Below, piece by piece: positions 36,859-46,454 of a stretch of 64,000 nucleotides of DNA (position 1 is the stretch's first letter; the number at the start of each line of letters is the position of its first letter). The notes under the pieces were generated by a model, which saw nothing but the letters and a program-made list of their open reading frames with translations, ran no database searches and was not told the DNA's origin. Position numbers and translations under genes: made by a program. The DNA is from a virus, in IMG/VR virus record IMGVR_UViG_3300027858_000005, positions 3-64,002 of that record; one strand, 5' to 3'.

Positions 36859-39302
36859 TAGCTTAAAGCCCTTTTGATTGCGTCGGGGTTCTGCGAAATC
36901 GCGTTCATGATTGCTTGTTGACCACCCGTGGATTCCATCGCAGCGACCGCCGCTTGTGGATCACTGACGTTTATGATCTGCGGAGTAACGTTAACAATCG
37001 GCGGCGCTTGGGACATCATCGCGGACGACTTGTCATTCGGAATTATGGTGCTTTGCGACCGGGGCGTGATAATCTCCGGGCCTTCTTCACCAACTAAGAC
37101 GGGTTGACCGCCGGGGAAAGTGCCGCCATCAGCGGCGGCAAAACTGGTTAATGCGCCGCCGAGTAAGCCACCCAACCCACCGCCGCCGCCAGCCGCCCCA
37201 GCGGCCCCCCCGAAAAGGGATTGAAAAATTTGCGCGGTAATGGCGTCCGCCGCCATTCGCTGCAAAGCTTTCGAAAATGAATCTGCCATGTCTTCGAACC
37301 CTTCGGCGGTTGGGTCAAGTAAGAAATCCGAGAACGCAGATTCGATACTTTGCGCGGCGGTTTCGCCAAGTTGCACAAGTTTTGATAACAACGGATCAGC
37401 AGCAAGCGCCGCTTCTTCGAACGCGGCTTTCGCGGCGTCTTTCAACCGGGTATAGTCTTCCGGGTCCATGTCATCTTGCAGTGATGCCAGTTCCGCCAGT
37501 TTGGCGTTGTATTCTTCTTGCGGTGTCGCGACATCAGCAAGCAATTCTTGAATTTTCGCCAGCCGTTCTTCTTGGGTCAGGTACGCCGGGTCAGCGGCGC
37601 GCATTTCTTCGGCTGAATCTTCGATCGCACGTCCGAACGTTTCCCACGTAATAAGGTTTTGTTTCATCAGGTTGTCGATGTTCTCGACGTTGGCCGCGTG
37701 CTTTTCTTGTGGCGTCTGCAAATCTTCTGTTAACTGTGCAGCTTCTTCGACGGCGTCGTTGTACGCTTCGACTTCTGGTAACGTTTCACTGTACGCTTCT
37801 GAAGTACGAACAATGACTTTGTTGTATTCTTCTTGATCAAGCGCGCCAGCTTTTAAAAGAACACCGGCTTCTTCGATTGTCCTGTTGAATTTTTCTTGAT
37901 CAGTTTCCAGTGATTTAAGAAGCTTCGCCGCATCTTTAAGTTGTTCAGGGTTCGCAACTAGCCCCGCTTCGACCTTCGCTTTTTGATCAAGGTCAGCGGC
38001 GTTCGCCCTTGCCCGGGCGGCGGCGCGGTCGTCAATTGCGGCTTGAAGCCGTTGTTCTTGACTGATAATCGCGTCGCCATTTCTAATCCGTTCTGCGTCC
38101 AGTTCAGCGCCAAGCCCTTCGACTTGCGCGAATAACTCTAATCTTTTCCGGGTGGTTTCTTCTAACGCTTCTTCGTCGCCAATCAAAGTCGCGAACAATG
38201 TTTTGTTATCATTGATGAACGACTCAAAACCTGTTTGCGCAAATGCGAACAGCCCGCCAAGTTCCGTTGTAATGATGCCGAACGCGTTGACAAGATTCGT
38301 GGGTATTTCTACAAGCGCGTCGCCGATAAAACCTGTCACCGAAGTAATGTCGATGCCCATTGCTTCGAAACGTCTGGCGGAATCGTCCGCGCCATCGCCA
38401 ATCGCTTCAAACGCGATTGCCAATTGATCGCCAAATTCAAGTAGCCCCGGGGTGAAATCTTTTTCGATGAATTCTGCAAGGTCGATGATGATGCCTGCAA
38501 AACCGCCAGCCGCGCCGGACGCGTCACTAAACGCGCCGACAGATTTAATCACCGCGTTTTCAAGAATTACAAAAGACTGCGCCACGGTCGCGGATGTTTG
38601 CGCAAATTCTTTTTCTAATACTTCTTTCTGATCCTGCAACGCTTTAACAACCGCCGCGCCGGTCAACTTGCCTTGCTTACCCATTTCGCGCAGTGCGCCG
38701 ATAGGTAAATCCATACCATCGGCAATCGCCCGGGCAAGTCGTGGTGTTTGTTCCAGTACAGAACGCAATTCGTCACCGCGTAGAGTGCCAGACGCAAGAC
38801 CCTGCCCTAACTGGATGATAGCGGCGTTAGCTGAATCGGCGGCGGTTCCAGAAATTGTTATTGCTTGCGCAACAGATTCCGTAACACCGAGCAGGTCATT
38901 TTGGCTTAACCCGAGCGTGTCTGATGACCGAGCAATACGGGCGTAAAGGTCAGCAGTGGATTCAAGCCCGGAACGGGTGCGTTGCGCAATCTGAAATACT
39001 TCTTCGGTGACCGCGTTTAATTCGTCTTGTCCTTTCGTGACAAGCTTCAGGCGGTTGTTTAACTGGGTCCATGCGTCTGCGTACTGAACAACCTTCTTGG
39101 CGACCAGAAACGCCCCGATACCGCCCAGAACGCGCCCAGTTGTCAACCCGGTTCTTCCGACCTTGCGCAAAGACCCCGATGTCTTTTTCAGGGCTCTATC
39201 TGTTTGCCCTGCTTTCTTGGTTATTCCGTCAAGCGACCGGACAACGACGCTAGCGCCTTTTACTGCGCCTCGACCGTCGATTACTACTTCCAGTTCTGCC
39301 AT
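36858..39302 (-). CDS. Tape measure protein
   Basis: Tape-measure domain (QLGQGLASGTLRGDELRSVLEQTP), long helical Ala-rich body, VGEEGPE C-terminus. Confidence 0.95.
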   Translation of the reverse strand: MAELEVVIDGRGAVKGASVVVRSLDGITKKAGQTDRALKKTSGSLRKVGRTGLTTGRVLGGIGAFLVAKKVVQYADAWTQLNNRLKLVTKGQDELNAVTEEVFQIAQRTRSGLESTADLYARIARSSDTLGLSQNDLLGVTESVAQAITISGTAADSANAAIIQLGQGLASGTLRGDELRSVLEQTPRLARAIADGMDLPIGALREMGKQGKLTGAAVVKALQDQKEVLEKEFAQTSATVAQSFVILENAVIKSVGAFSDASGAAGGFAGIIIDLAEFIEKDFTPGLLEFGDQLAIAFEAIGDGADDSARRFEAMGIDITSVTGFIGDALVEIPTNLVNAFGIITTELGGLFAFAQTGFESFINDNKTLFATLIGDEEALEETTRKRLELFAQVEGLGAELDAERIRNGDAIISQEQRLQAAIDDRAAARARANAADLDQKAKVEAGLVANPEQLKDAAKLLKSLETDQEKFNRTIEEAGVLLKAGALDQEEYNKVIVRTSEAYSETLPEVEAYNDAVEEAAQLTEDLQTPQEKHAANVENIDNLMKQNLITWETFGRAIEDSAEEMRAADPAYLTQEERLAKIQELLADVATPQEEYNAKLAELASLQDDMDPEDYTRLKDAAKAAFEEAALAADPLLSKLVQLGETAAQSIESAFSDFLLDPTAEGFEDMADSFSKALQRMAADAITAQIFQSLFGGAAGAAGGGGGLGGLLGGALTSFAAADGGTFPGGQPVLVGEEGPEIITPRSQSTIIPNDKSSAMMSQAPPIVNVTPQIINVSDPQAAVAAMESTGGQQAIMNAISQNPDAIKRALS

Positions 39303-39642
39303 TTTCTTTCGGTGCCTTACCCTTCAGGAATTCAAAATAAACGTCGTCAAGCTGTCTGACAAACCCCAGCAGTGAACCCGAGTCTTCCCGATTGAGTCCG
39401 GCTAGATCACTATATGCTAGAACATCCTGCAAAGCAATCGGCTGTGGTTGACCGCCGAACCACATTCGGCCTTTTCCTAATGTTGAATACCCTTCCCAAA
39501 TCCAGTCGTCGTACCCTAAATCCATTTCTGCACGCCTTTCCAGCGCGGGTACTTTGTTGCCAGCTTCTTGAAGGGTGCGGAGTTCTTTTATTCTGGGACC
39601 GTACTGCAAATCCCAGCGCAACAACTCCGCTAGTCGTTTCCC
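39250..39642 (-). CDS. Tail assembly chaperone C-terminal extension via -1 frameshift
   Basis: In-frame slippery heptamer G GGA AAC (39636-39642) just before the TAG; the -1 frame continues KRLAELLRWDLQY. Confidence 0.8.
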   Translation of the reverse strand, partial: GKRLAELLRWDLQYGPRIKELRTLQEAGNKVPALERRAEMDLGYDDWIWEGYSTLGKGRMWFGGQPQPIALQDVLAYSDLAGLNREDSGSLLGFVRQLDDVYFEFLKGKAPKENGRTGSSNRRSRRSKRR

Positions 39643-40025
39643 GTTTCTTCAGCCGCTATCAGCGCGAAAGACGACTGTTCTTCAGCAACCAACATCACAT
39701 TCGAGCGAAAATCTTTCAGCCCGTGCAACATATCGAAAGCATTCTTTTCGGAATACTTTATGGCTTTGCCGTTGTCGTCTTCCCAGCCTTTCCAATCAAG
39801 CAAGATAGTTTTAGATTCAACTTTGCAGTTAATATCCAACCAGTCTTCTTCGGAGATATTTTTGCGGGAGTGCTTGTTCTGGAACGGTTTTAAAAGCTCG
39901 CGCAGTATTTTCTTGTATTCTGGGTTTCCGACGCGAGCAATCTTGCAGCTTGCGCCGTCGCCAAAATCTACCCAAACCCCGTTTTCTTCAAGGTCCAGAT
40001 CGGTTGCGAATGTACTGAATTTCAT
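39630..40025 (-). CDS. Tail assembly chaperone
   Basis: Between tail tube and tape measure; LEENGVW, ILLDWKG. Confidence 0.85.
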   Translation of the reverse strand: MKFSTFATDLDLEENGVWVDFGDGASCKIARVGNPEYKKILRELLKPFQNKHSRKNISEEDWLDINCKVESKTILLDWKGWEDDNGKAIKYSEKNAFDMLHGLKDFRSNVMLVAEEQSSFALIAAEETGND

Positions 40026-40052
40026 GGTGGCTTACCTTATTCATGGTTGAAA

Positions 40053-41282
40053 TTACGCTGCAAATCTGTTGATCGCAACGGTGAAGTCGCTGTCAGGGTC
40101 GCGCTTACCGTTAAACTCGACCGAAACTAGAATGTCTTGATCGTTGCCGCCCGTGTCAGTGTTGCCGCTGATAAACTTCACTGCCGGGAAATCGAAAACG
40201 TAATTGTCGCCGCCGAGCGTTGCCCGGAAACTTAAACTGACGGTATCGAAGTTCAGGTACTTGTCAAAGAAGGTACGATCTAACAGATACGCTTCAATTG
40301 TGCCAGTCAGTAATGACCGACCCAGACCGATTCCGTTGTTCGCTAACGAACCAATACACGGTTGCGCCCGCAGTGTGTTGTCAACGGTGAAATCGACATT
40401 CGTAAATATGCAGTTCGTATCGGGTAAACCGTCGACCAGAATGTCAGTGATGTTGTCGACCGCGTTCATGACATCATCCGCGCTGACCGCTTGCGGTGCG
40501 CCGTCGCCAATGGTTGCACCAACACTGAAAGCTTGCTTGCCTTCGAAGGTGAAACCGCCGTTGATAATTGCACCCGGGGCGATGGTCAAGTTCATGGTGC
40601 CGACGCGCATTCCGGTGTAATACTGAATGACGCTTGATTCTGGTGAATCCTGATCGTCGGTAATGTCGCTAAACAATTTTTCAATGGTGAACGACTTTCG
40701 AGTGACGCCGTTCTTGATGAACTGCCCCTTGATATTGAACGTGCCGCCCGCTTCGTCTTGCTGCGGGGCTTGCTCGAACAGAATAGTGTTTGCTTCGGCG
40801 TCAACGCTGGCGACTTTGTAGTAACCGTCGTTCGTTGGCGACACGGCAGAACCCGAGAGTTGCAACCACTGCCCCGCAACAACATTTTCCATCCAGTTAG
40901 GCGACGCGGTAGGCGACGCCGTTAGAATGAAAGACCCGGGGCCGGGGGACGCAGTAATGAAGCCAGCGCCAACGCCGGTTTCATCAACCAGTGTTGACCA
41001 TTCATCGGCCAATGCGCCCGCCATCAAATCGTCATGCGACCCGTACGATAGTTCGATGCCGACGTCGCCGCCTGCTGATACTGCCGTTCGAATGATATCC
41101 GAAACTTGACGGTCACTTCGAATTTCTTCCGACTGTGAAGTCTCGGTTGTCTGGGTTAGTGAATCGCTTGTGAATCGAAATTCATTCAGCTTCGGGGCTT
41201 CAGGAGAACCGCCGCTGACCGGAATTTCGCCCCATGTGGATTCTTCCACATAGTATAGCTGAACTGAACTTGAATCTGACAT
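40053..41282 (-). CDS. Major tail tube protein
   Basis: FRFTSDSL, SEEIRSDRQ, FDFPAVKF; position. Confidence 0.9.
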   Translation of the reverse strand: MSDSSSVQLYYVEESTWGEIPVSGGSPEAPKLNEFRFTSDSLTQTTETSQSEEIRSDRQVSDIIRTAVSAGGDVGIELSYGSHDDLMAGALADEWSTLVDETGVGAGFITASPGPGSFILTASPTASPNWMENVVAGQWLQLSGSAVSPTNDGYYKVASVDAEANTILFEQAPQQDEAGGTFNIKGQFIKNGVTRKSFTIEKLFSDITDDQDSPESSVIQYYTGMRVGTMNLTIAPGAIINGGFTFEGKQAFSVGATIGDGAPQAVSADDVMNAVDNITDILVDGLPDTNCIFTNVDFTVDNTLRAQPCIGSLANNGIGLGRSLLTGTIEAYLLDRTFFDKYLNFDTVSLSFRATLGGDNYVFDFPAVKFISGNTDTGGNDQDILVSVEFNGKRDPDSDFTVAINRFAA

Positions 41283-41295
41283 TTTTGCTTAACCT

Positions 41296-41709
41296 CTACG
41301 TGATAGGGATACAATCATCTGCTTGATAAGGGGTGCCAGCATTCCACATGCTGAAAGCCCCTTCAACGCCAACACGGTCAAGCCCGGTCCCCCGGAAAAT
41401 GACCCCGCTAATTGTGCGACCTTGAAAGATGTTTGCCACGCTGTCGGCTAATTCTCTTGCAAGACCATCGCCGCTTCCCGCAGGCACAAAAATTTGAACA
41501 ACAACAACCCCGATTCGACGAAAGCGCCGTACAGCGCCCATGCTAACTTGCGTCTGATCGCCCGGTAAAATGTTCAACCGAACGAAGGGTTGTTCTATAT
41601 CTGGCTTGTAGTCTACATCAGAAAAGGTAAAAGCGACAGTAGGTTGTTCAATTGCCCATTGCGAATTGAACTGGGTTCTGATCGTGACGGCGTCGGCTGC
41701 GTGTCCCAT
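41296..41709 (-). CDS. Tail terminator protein
   Basis: GVVVVQIFVPAGSG. Confidence 0.8.
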   Translation of the reverse strand: MGHAADAVTIRTQFNSQWAIEQPTVAFTFSDVDYKPDIEQPFVRLNILPGDQTQVSMGAVRRFRRIGVVVVQIFVPAGSGDGLARELADSVANIFQGRTISGVIFRGTGLDRVGVEGAFSMWNAGTPYQADDCIPIT

Positions 41710-42098
41710 TACTTAAATTGTGCATCCACTTCCGCGACGGAAACCCGAACCATTCCGGTAGGCGCTTGCCGACTGCTACCTTCTTCCAACTTTCTGATGT
41801 ACTTGACGTTATTGAATATAGTAATGACACTGAACGGCGGTGCGCCAGCGATGACCGCTGCGCCGCCTGCTAACGGTGCGCCGCCGCCTTCGACCGTGCT
41901 TTCATTCGAGCTACCGACAACGGTTTGCCAGTTGCCCCGCGCGCGCCCGGTATCGACCGGGGTGCGGAATACGATTCGACGCAGTAGATCAAGCGCGAGT
42001 CGCCCAGCAAAGAAACGTTCGGCTTCGGGCGTGGTTTGCTTACCAAAAAGCTGCAATTCTTTGTTAAAAGCTGGAAGATTCTTGAATTTAATAGTCAT
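41709..42098 (-). CDS. HK97 gp10-like tail completion protein
   Basis: TPVDTGRARGNW, NNVKYIRKLEEG, QAPTGMV. Confidence 0.88.
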   Translation of the reverse strand: MTIKFKNLPAFNKELQLFGKQTTPEAERFFAGRLALDLLRRIVFRTPVDTGRARGNWQTVVGSSNESTVEGGGAPLAGGAAVIAGAPPFSVITIFNNVKYIRKLEEGSSRQAPTGMVRVSVAEVDAQFK

Positions 42099-42101
42099 AA
42101 T

Positions 42102-42467
42102 CTATCGCCGCATCTGCAATTCGTACATCGCCGGGAGTGCCCCGCTGTACAACGGGTTGATGCCGACAACCTGCCATTCATCCCCGGCATACTGTACTTT
42201 ATCGCCAATTGCGGGAACAAAACTGATTGCGGCGGCTGCAATATTCGATGCCATATCACCATTCTGAATCACTGTACCGTCAATCCTACCAGTTTTAAAC
42301 GGTTCTGGTGGTGTTATTATCACCGACGATTCGACTTCTGTCGACGTCGTCTTGCCCGTTAACGCGTTGAACGCCTCGGTGACTTGGGTATACGTGACCG
42401 TTCCGCCGAAATCACCAATCAGGTTCACCGCCAGCGGCACCATTACCGAATCAAGCTTTCCCGTCAT
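42102..42467 (-). CDS. Head closure / head-tail joining protein
   Basis: Position; PAIGDKV motif. Confidence 0.7.
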   Translation of the reverse strand: MTGKLDSVMVPLAVNLIGDFGGTVTYTQVTEAFNALTGKTTSTEVESSVIITPPEPFKTGRIDGTVIQNGDMASNIAAAAISFVPAIGDKVQYAGDEWQVVGINPLYSGALPAMYELQMRR

Positions 42468-43051
42468 GATCTAACAACCTGCCCCGTGTGCGGGTTTGAC
42501 TGGTTCAGGAACGGTTCTACCGTCTTTGCTGCGTCCCAGTAAGTGTTCGTCATGCTGGTGTTGCCGCCTTCTTCAGCGGTCATGTATTCGACTTCTAGTG
42601 ACCCGGCTTTTTCCCGCTTGGTCTTGCGACCATAATTCGGTTGCAGTGGTGTACTGGACAGCGAGCCGCCGGAAAATGTCGCCAGCGCAAGAAGGTTCTG
42701 CGCTTCTTTAGCTTCGGCGGGAACCTCGTTTTCGGGTATGAAATACGTGTCTTGAAATGCTATCGGAACGTTTACGTTATTGTAAAAAGGGTCAAAAAAG
42801 TCAGGAACAGGAACGCCCCGGCGCGGCCAGTCCATTGACTGAACTGCGTCGACCCGGGAGCCCGCCCACATCAAGCGCCACTTCTGTTCCATGTACTGCG
42901 CGGCTTTTATCAGGGCTGGTTCGATCTGTTCTTCGTCAGCTTCAGCGGCGGCGGTGTTACCTTGGTTTTCGGCGTAGCTGATAAACTCCGCTACCGTGAC
43001 GTAAGTATTCGAGTTTGCGACGACAGTTCCGTCTTCAACGATTAGTGTCAT
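42464..43051 (-). CDS. Head-tail adaptor
   Basis: LIVEDGT...NTYVTV, QSMDWPR, EKAGSLEVEY. Confidence 0.85.
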   Translation of the reverse strand: MTLIVEDGTVVANSNTYVTVAEFISYAENQGNTAAAEADEEQIEPALIKAAQYMEQKWRLMWAGSRVDAVQSMDWPRRGVPVPDFFDPFYNNVNVPIAFQDTYFIPENEVPAEAKEAQNLLALATFSGGSLSSTPLQPNYGRKTKREKAGSLEVEYMTAEEGGNTSMTNTYWDAAKTVEPFLNQSNPHTGQVVRS

Positions 43052-43425
43052 TTCAATTTCCCCTTAACGGTGACCCGGCGCAGGTAACATCGCTGCGGGG
43101 TGTTGTCGTCGAGCGCCAGCACCTTGAACGTGTACGTGGTGCCGACTACAACGTTCACGCCGCTTAACCAGAACACAACAGTATCGTTACGCAGTGGTGA
43201 AGGCTCCGGGCTGGGTTGCGCTTGTGTATTGGTCAGGAACACGAACGGGCTACCGTATTGTAAGTCCGGCAGTTCTGGCGACGGTAGCGGCGACGGGGCG
43301 ACTGATTGTGATTCAAGTTCGACAGTAGCACCAATCAGGCTCCGGCCCGCTGCCATCAAGTCGCTAAATTCGACGCTGTAATCTAAACATTCTTGCGGGT
43401 CTAGTTCCGGTAATTTTAAAGCCAT
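43048..43425 (-). CDS. Fibre-adaptor-like virion protein, SP-rich
   Basis: LDPQECLDYSVEF motif; five SP dipeptides; ATG at 43425. Confidence 0.65.
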   Translation of the reverse strand: MALKLPELDPQECLDYSVEFSDLMAAGRSLIGATVELESQSVAPSPLPSPELPDLQYGSPFVFLTNTQAQPSPEPSPLRNDTVVFWLSGVNVVVGTTYTFKVLALDDNTPQRCYLRRVTVKGKLK

Positions 43426-43937
43426 TAGTTGCAACCCTCGGGTTCTGGTTTCGCGTCCCGCGTTTCTGTTGTAGTCACGACGTTTCGGTCTTCGGATTCG
43501 GGCTTGGTTGATCGCCGTTCCGATGCTGCAACGGTCGATCTGTCTTCCGAACTTGCCGAAACGTTCCGCGCCTCTGATGACGCCTTCGACGTTCTCGCCT
43601 CGCTGGTGGGTTTCGCCGTTCTATCTTCAGCCAGCGCATAACCCCGCCTAGTCTCTGGGTCCAAAGAAGCAAGCCTATCCTCATTACCAACAACCAACTT
43701 TCGACCTTCATCGTCTATTACCAATGTTCTAACTTCGCCCGCTGGGCGTAATATTCGTTGTTCGCTGACGACTTTCAACGTTCTGTCTTCCGGGTCGAAC
43801 GGGCAAACGAAGCGCAAGGCATAATCGACGCGCCCGATTCCGGGTTGTATAGTAAGCGGTTCACGTCCCAAGCCCCAAGCAACAATCGTGCCCAGAACAT
43901 CGATATCACGACCAAGACCGCGTGCAACGATAGCCAC
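43425..43937 (-). CDS. Repeat protein with 13 x 9-aa xExR repeats
   Basis: PEDRTLKVV / SEQRILRPA / ... / TETRDAKPE. Confidence 0.75.
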   Translation of the reverse strand: MAIVARGLGRDIDVLGTIVAWGLGREPLTIQPGIGRVDYALRFVCPFDPEDRTLKVVSEQRILRPAGEVRTLVIDDEGRKLVVGNEDRLASLDPETRRGYALAEDRTAKPTSEARTSKASSEARNVSASSEDRSTVAASERRSTKPESEDRNVVTTTETRDAKPEPEGCN

Positions 43938-43938
43938 A

Positions 43939-44553
43939 TCAAGTCACCTTGCCCCGACGATCTGCGCCTTGACCGCGATACGGCTGCGTTGCAGCAACGT
44001 CTTCGAACAAGTCACCTTGAAGTAGAATTGTGGTGTCATCATCGTCATATATTTCTATTCTACCTGTTCCCGGGTCAGTATGGGTACGATTTGTCAAGAT
44101 TTTTCTGGTCGTGGTAGTGTTCTCGCCGATTAAAGTGATCCCGTCAAGCAGGTTCGTTACTTTATTTTCAACGTTCACAGTGTACGGACCATCGACCGGG
44201 ATCGAAATAGATTGCCCCGCCGGGTCGGTGAAAATGTTACCGACGATCTGCCAGCGGTGATGACCTTCGGCAGCTTTGAACCGCCAGCCGTTTGTCACAA
44301 AGTAGGTAATGCCAAGATTTTCAACGTCAGATGTCGGGTCACCGCCGACTATTCGAACCGCTGGTGGGAATCCAAGATTACCCGTTGACGGCGACCCAGC
44401 GTTGTCCGCGACAAACTGTTTCCACTCGCTATAAATTTCTTGCGCGTTGGTTATGTTATCAACAAGCGTTTCCGGGCTGGTTTCCGGGCTAGGCGGAACC
44501 CCGATTTCGATAATCAGCAAGCGTTCGGTGTCAAATGTGACGACGTTAGGCAT
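43939..44553 (-). CDS. Putative virion protein
   Basis: VTFD...EIYSEWK...VGGDPT...YFVTNGWR; related motif in the 48001 protein. Confidence 0.65.
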   Translation of the reverse strand: MPNVVTFDTERLLIIEIGVPPSPETSPETLVDNITNAQEIYSEWKQFVADNAGSPSTGNLGFPPAVRIVGGDPTSDVENLGITYFVTNGWRFKAAEGHHRWQIVGNIFTDPAGQSISIPVDGPYTVNVENKVTNLLDGITLIGENTTTTRKILTNRTHTDPGTGRIEIYDDDDTTILLQGDLFEDVAATQPYRGQGADRRGKVT

Positions 44554-46451
44554 TACGGATTCTCGAAGTTCCGGTCTAAAATTTGGGAAATCGGGAACGA
44601 CGTTGACGTCGTTGGGATAGTAAAGTTCTTAATGCGGTTGTTCGGCGGCAATATCCAATCGACATTGAACACAACAATATCAACCACCGTGCCCGCTGCG
44701 GCACTGAATGTGAATTCAGACGGCGACCCTGTGTCTTCAATGCCCGCAATTTCAGTGGTATCAATCGGGCTGGTGAAATCTTCCGCATGATAAACGCGGA
44801 CTTCTGTAAATTCTTCAATGTTCGTTAAAGTAACTGACACATTGTTATTAATAGTCGTGCCCGGGGATTGCTTATCGGTGAACGTCGGTGTGTCACCGTC
44901 GGTTATATTCAATATCACTGCACCAATACCGTTAAACAATGCAGCGTCGGTTGTATCGTTACCGTCGGGGCTAGTGCCATCTAACCATTGCCCGTCAAAC
45001 AAGTTGCTCGGAAAAGAAAACTCACCTTCTGCGAGTAAATTTATCGCGTGACCCGCACCCGCACCGGAAAATAAAAAAGAATTACCAATAAGCCCCGCCG
45101 GGTTCGCAGTCCATAGATACGCGACGTCTTCAGGACTTCCCAAAATTGGCGATTCATCAAATGTTTGTGGTGTTGCGGTGACAATTGTGTTCGCTTGAAA
45201 ATTTGCACCGACACCGCCGCCTGACCCAAAAGCAAAACCAAAGCCCAGCCATTCAGACGAAGGGGCGTTAGTGGTAAGTGTGAATTCCCAGCCGTCACTA
45301 TTGAAAGACCACCCAGAAGCAACGACAGCAGAACCAGCGCCGTCGCTATCTAATATATCAAGGTCTGTTGCTGTCATCGACTTTGCAACTGATGTCGAAA
45401 CGTTATCTTGCCCAGAAATCGAAACAACACCTAGTGCGGCTTTCCTATCGAATGCCGCTATAGATATGGTTTTGTCCCCCGTGGCGTCGGCAGCATTTCT
45501 GGAAGACACCCCGCCCGCCGTGAATATCATTCCGAAATCTGGTTCGAATCCCGGGTTCGTTTCGGTGTAATCACCAGACGTCGGCCACGCCATATCAAAA
45601 AGCGCCATTTGTGGGTTGTCAGTGAAACGAAAACATAAGTGCAAAATGTCATCACTCCCGCCGCCGCCAGTACCGTCAGTTCTTATGTCAAACCCGGTTG
45701 CTGTAAACGCTGTTAACGTGCAATCGTATTGAACGCCGCCGCCTAGCATCCCATGCGCGAGAACGTCATTGCTAATTATTGCAGTTATGTCGGTTGGGTC
45801 TTCAGCGTTGCCAGCGGAGTGACCTATTGCCCGTTGTGTCAAACTCCCGTCGTTGATTGCAACACCGAACGAAAGGTAATTATTTTCTTTCCAGTCAGTG
45901 GTTCCAACAGTCGTTAAGTTGTTAATAGCGAAAACTAAATCAGGTGTGAAGCCCGGGGTTGTTATATTAATTGTTTCCCCGTTAGTCGTTCCCATTCTAG
46001 TATGATTGCAATCGACTTCAGCGATATCTGACCCTGTAAACAAAACACAAAGAACTGACGGAAAAATTTGTGGCGAATCGTTAAAAGGTGTTGTAACGGT
46101 AAACCTTATACCGTCTTCTATAAATGAATCAAAATCCCATTGACCCACCGCTTCGGGGCTTTGTGTGTCTGCACGCACCATTATTATAGATGAATTACTA
46201 TCGGCGCGACCGTTGAAAGCTGGGTTATCGTTGTCCCGCATGTAACCAGCGTAAACTCGCTGATTCGTGCCGTCTGTAATTCCAATCGACAACAAACCGC
46301 TTGCTTCAACTACACCGTCAGTTTGACCGTTATTTGTGTAACAAATTGCCGCTTTTGGTAGCCCGATTCCGGGTATGGTGACGTCGACTGTTCCAGCCGC
46401 CCCAGTATCATCGACATTAAAAACAACAACATGTTTTTTTACATCAGCCAT
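44553..46451 (-). CDS. Large beta-rich putative virion (fibre/decoration) protein
   Basis: Three internal PG(F/I)xP-type repeats; C-terminal EVRVY...EIAGIE...DRNFENP. Confidence 0.65.
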   Translation of the reverse strand: MADVKKHVVVFNVDDTGAAGTVDVTIPGIGLPKAAICYTNNGQTDGVVEASGLLSIGITDGTNQRVYAGYMRDNDNPAFNGRADSNSSIIMVRADTQSPEAVGQWDFDSFIEDGIRFTVTTPFNDSPQIFPSVLCVLFTGSDIAEVDCNHTRMGTTNGETINITTPGFTPDLVFAINNLTTVGTTDWKENNYLSFGVAINDGSLTQRAIGHSAGNAEDPTDITAIISNDVLAHGMLGGGVQYDCTLTAFTATGFDIRTDGTGGGGSDDILHLCFRFTDNPQMALFDMAWPTSGDYTETNPGFEPDFGMIFTAGGVSSRNAADATGDKTISIAAFDRKAALGVVSISGQDNVSTSVAKSMTATDLDILDSDGAGSAVVASGWSFNSDGWEFTLTTNAPSSEWLGFGFAFGSGGGVGANFQANTIVTATPQTFDESPILGSPEDVAYLWTANPAGLIGNSFLFSGAGAGHAINLLAEGEFSFPSNLFDGQWLDGTSPDGNDTTDAALFNGIGAVILNITDGDTPTFTDKQSPGTTINNNVSVTLTNIEEFTEVRVYHAEDFTSPIDTTEIAGIEDTGSPSEFTFSAAAGTVVDIVVFNVDWILPPNNRIKNFTIPTTSTSFPISQILDRNFENP

Positions 46452-46454
46452 GTG

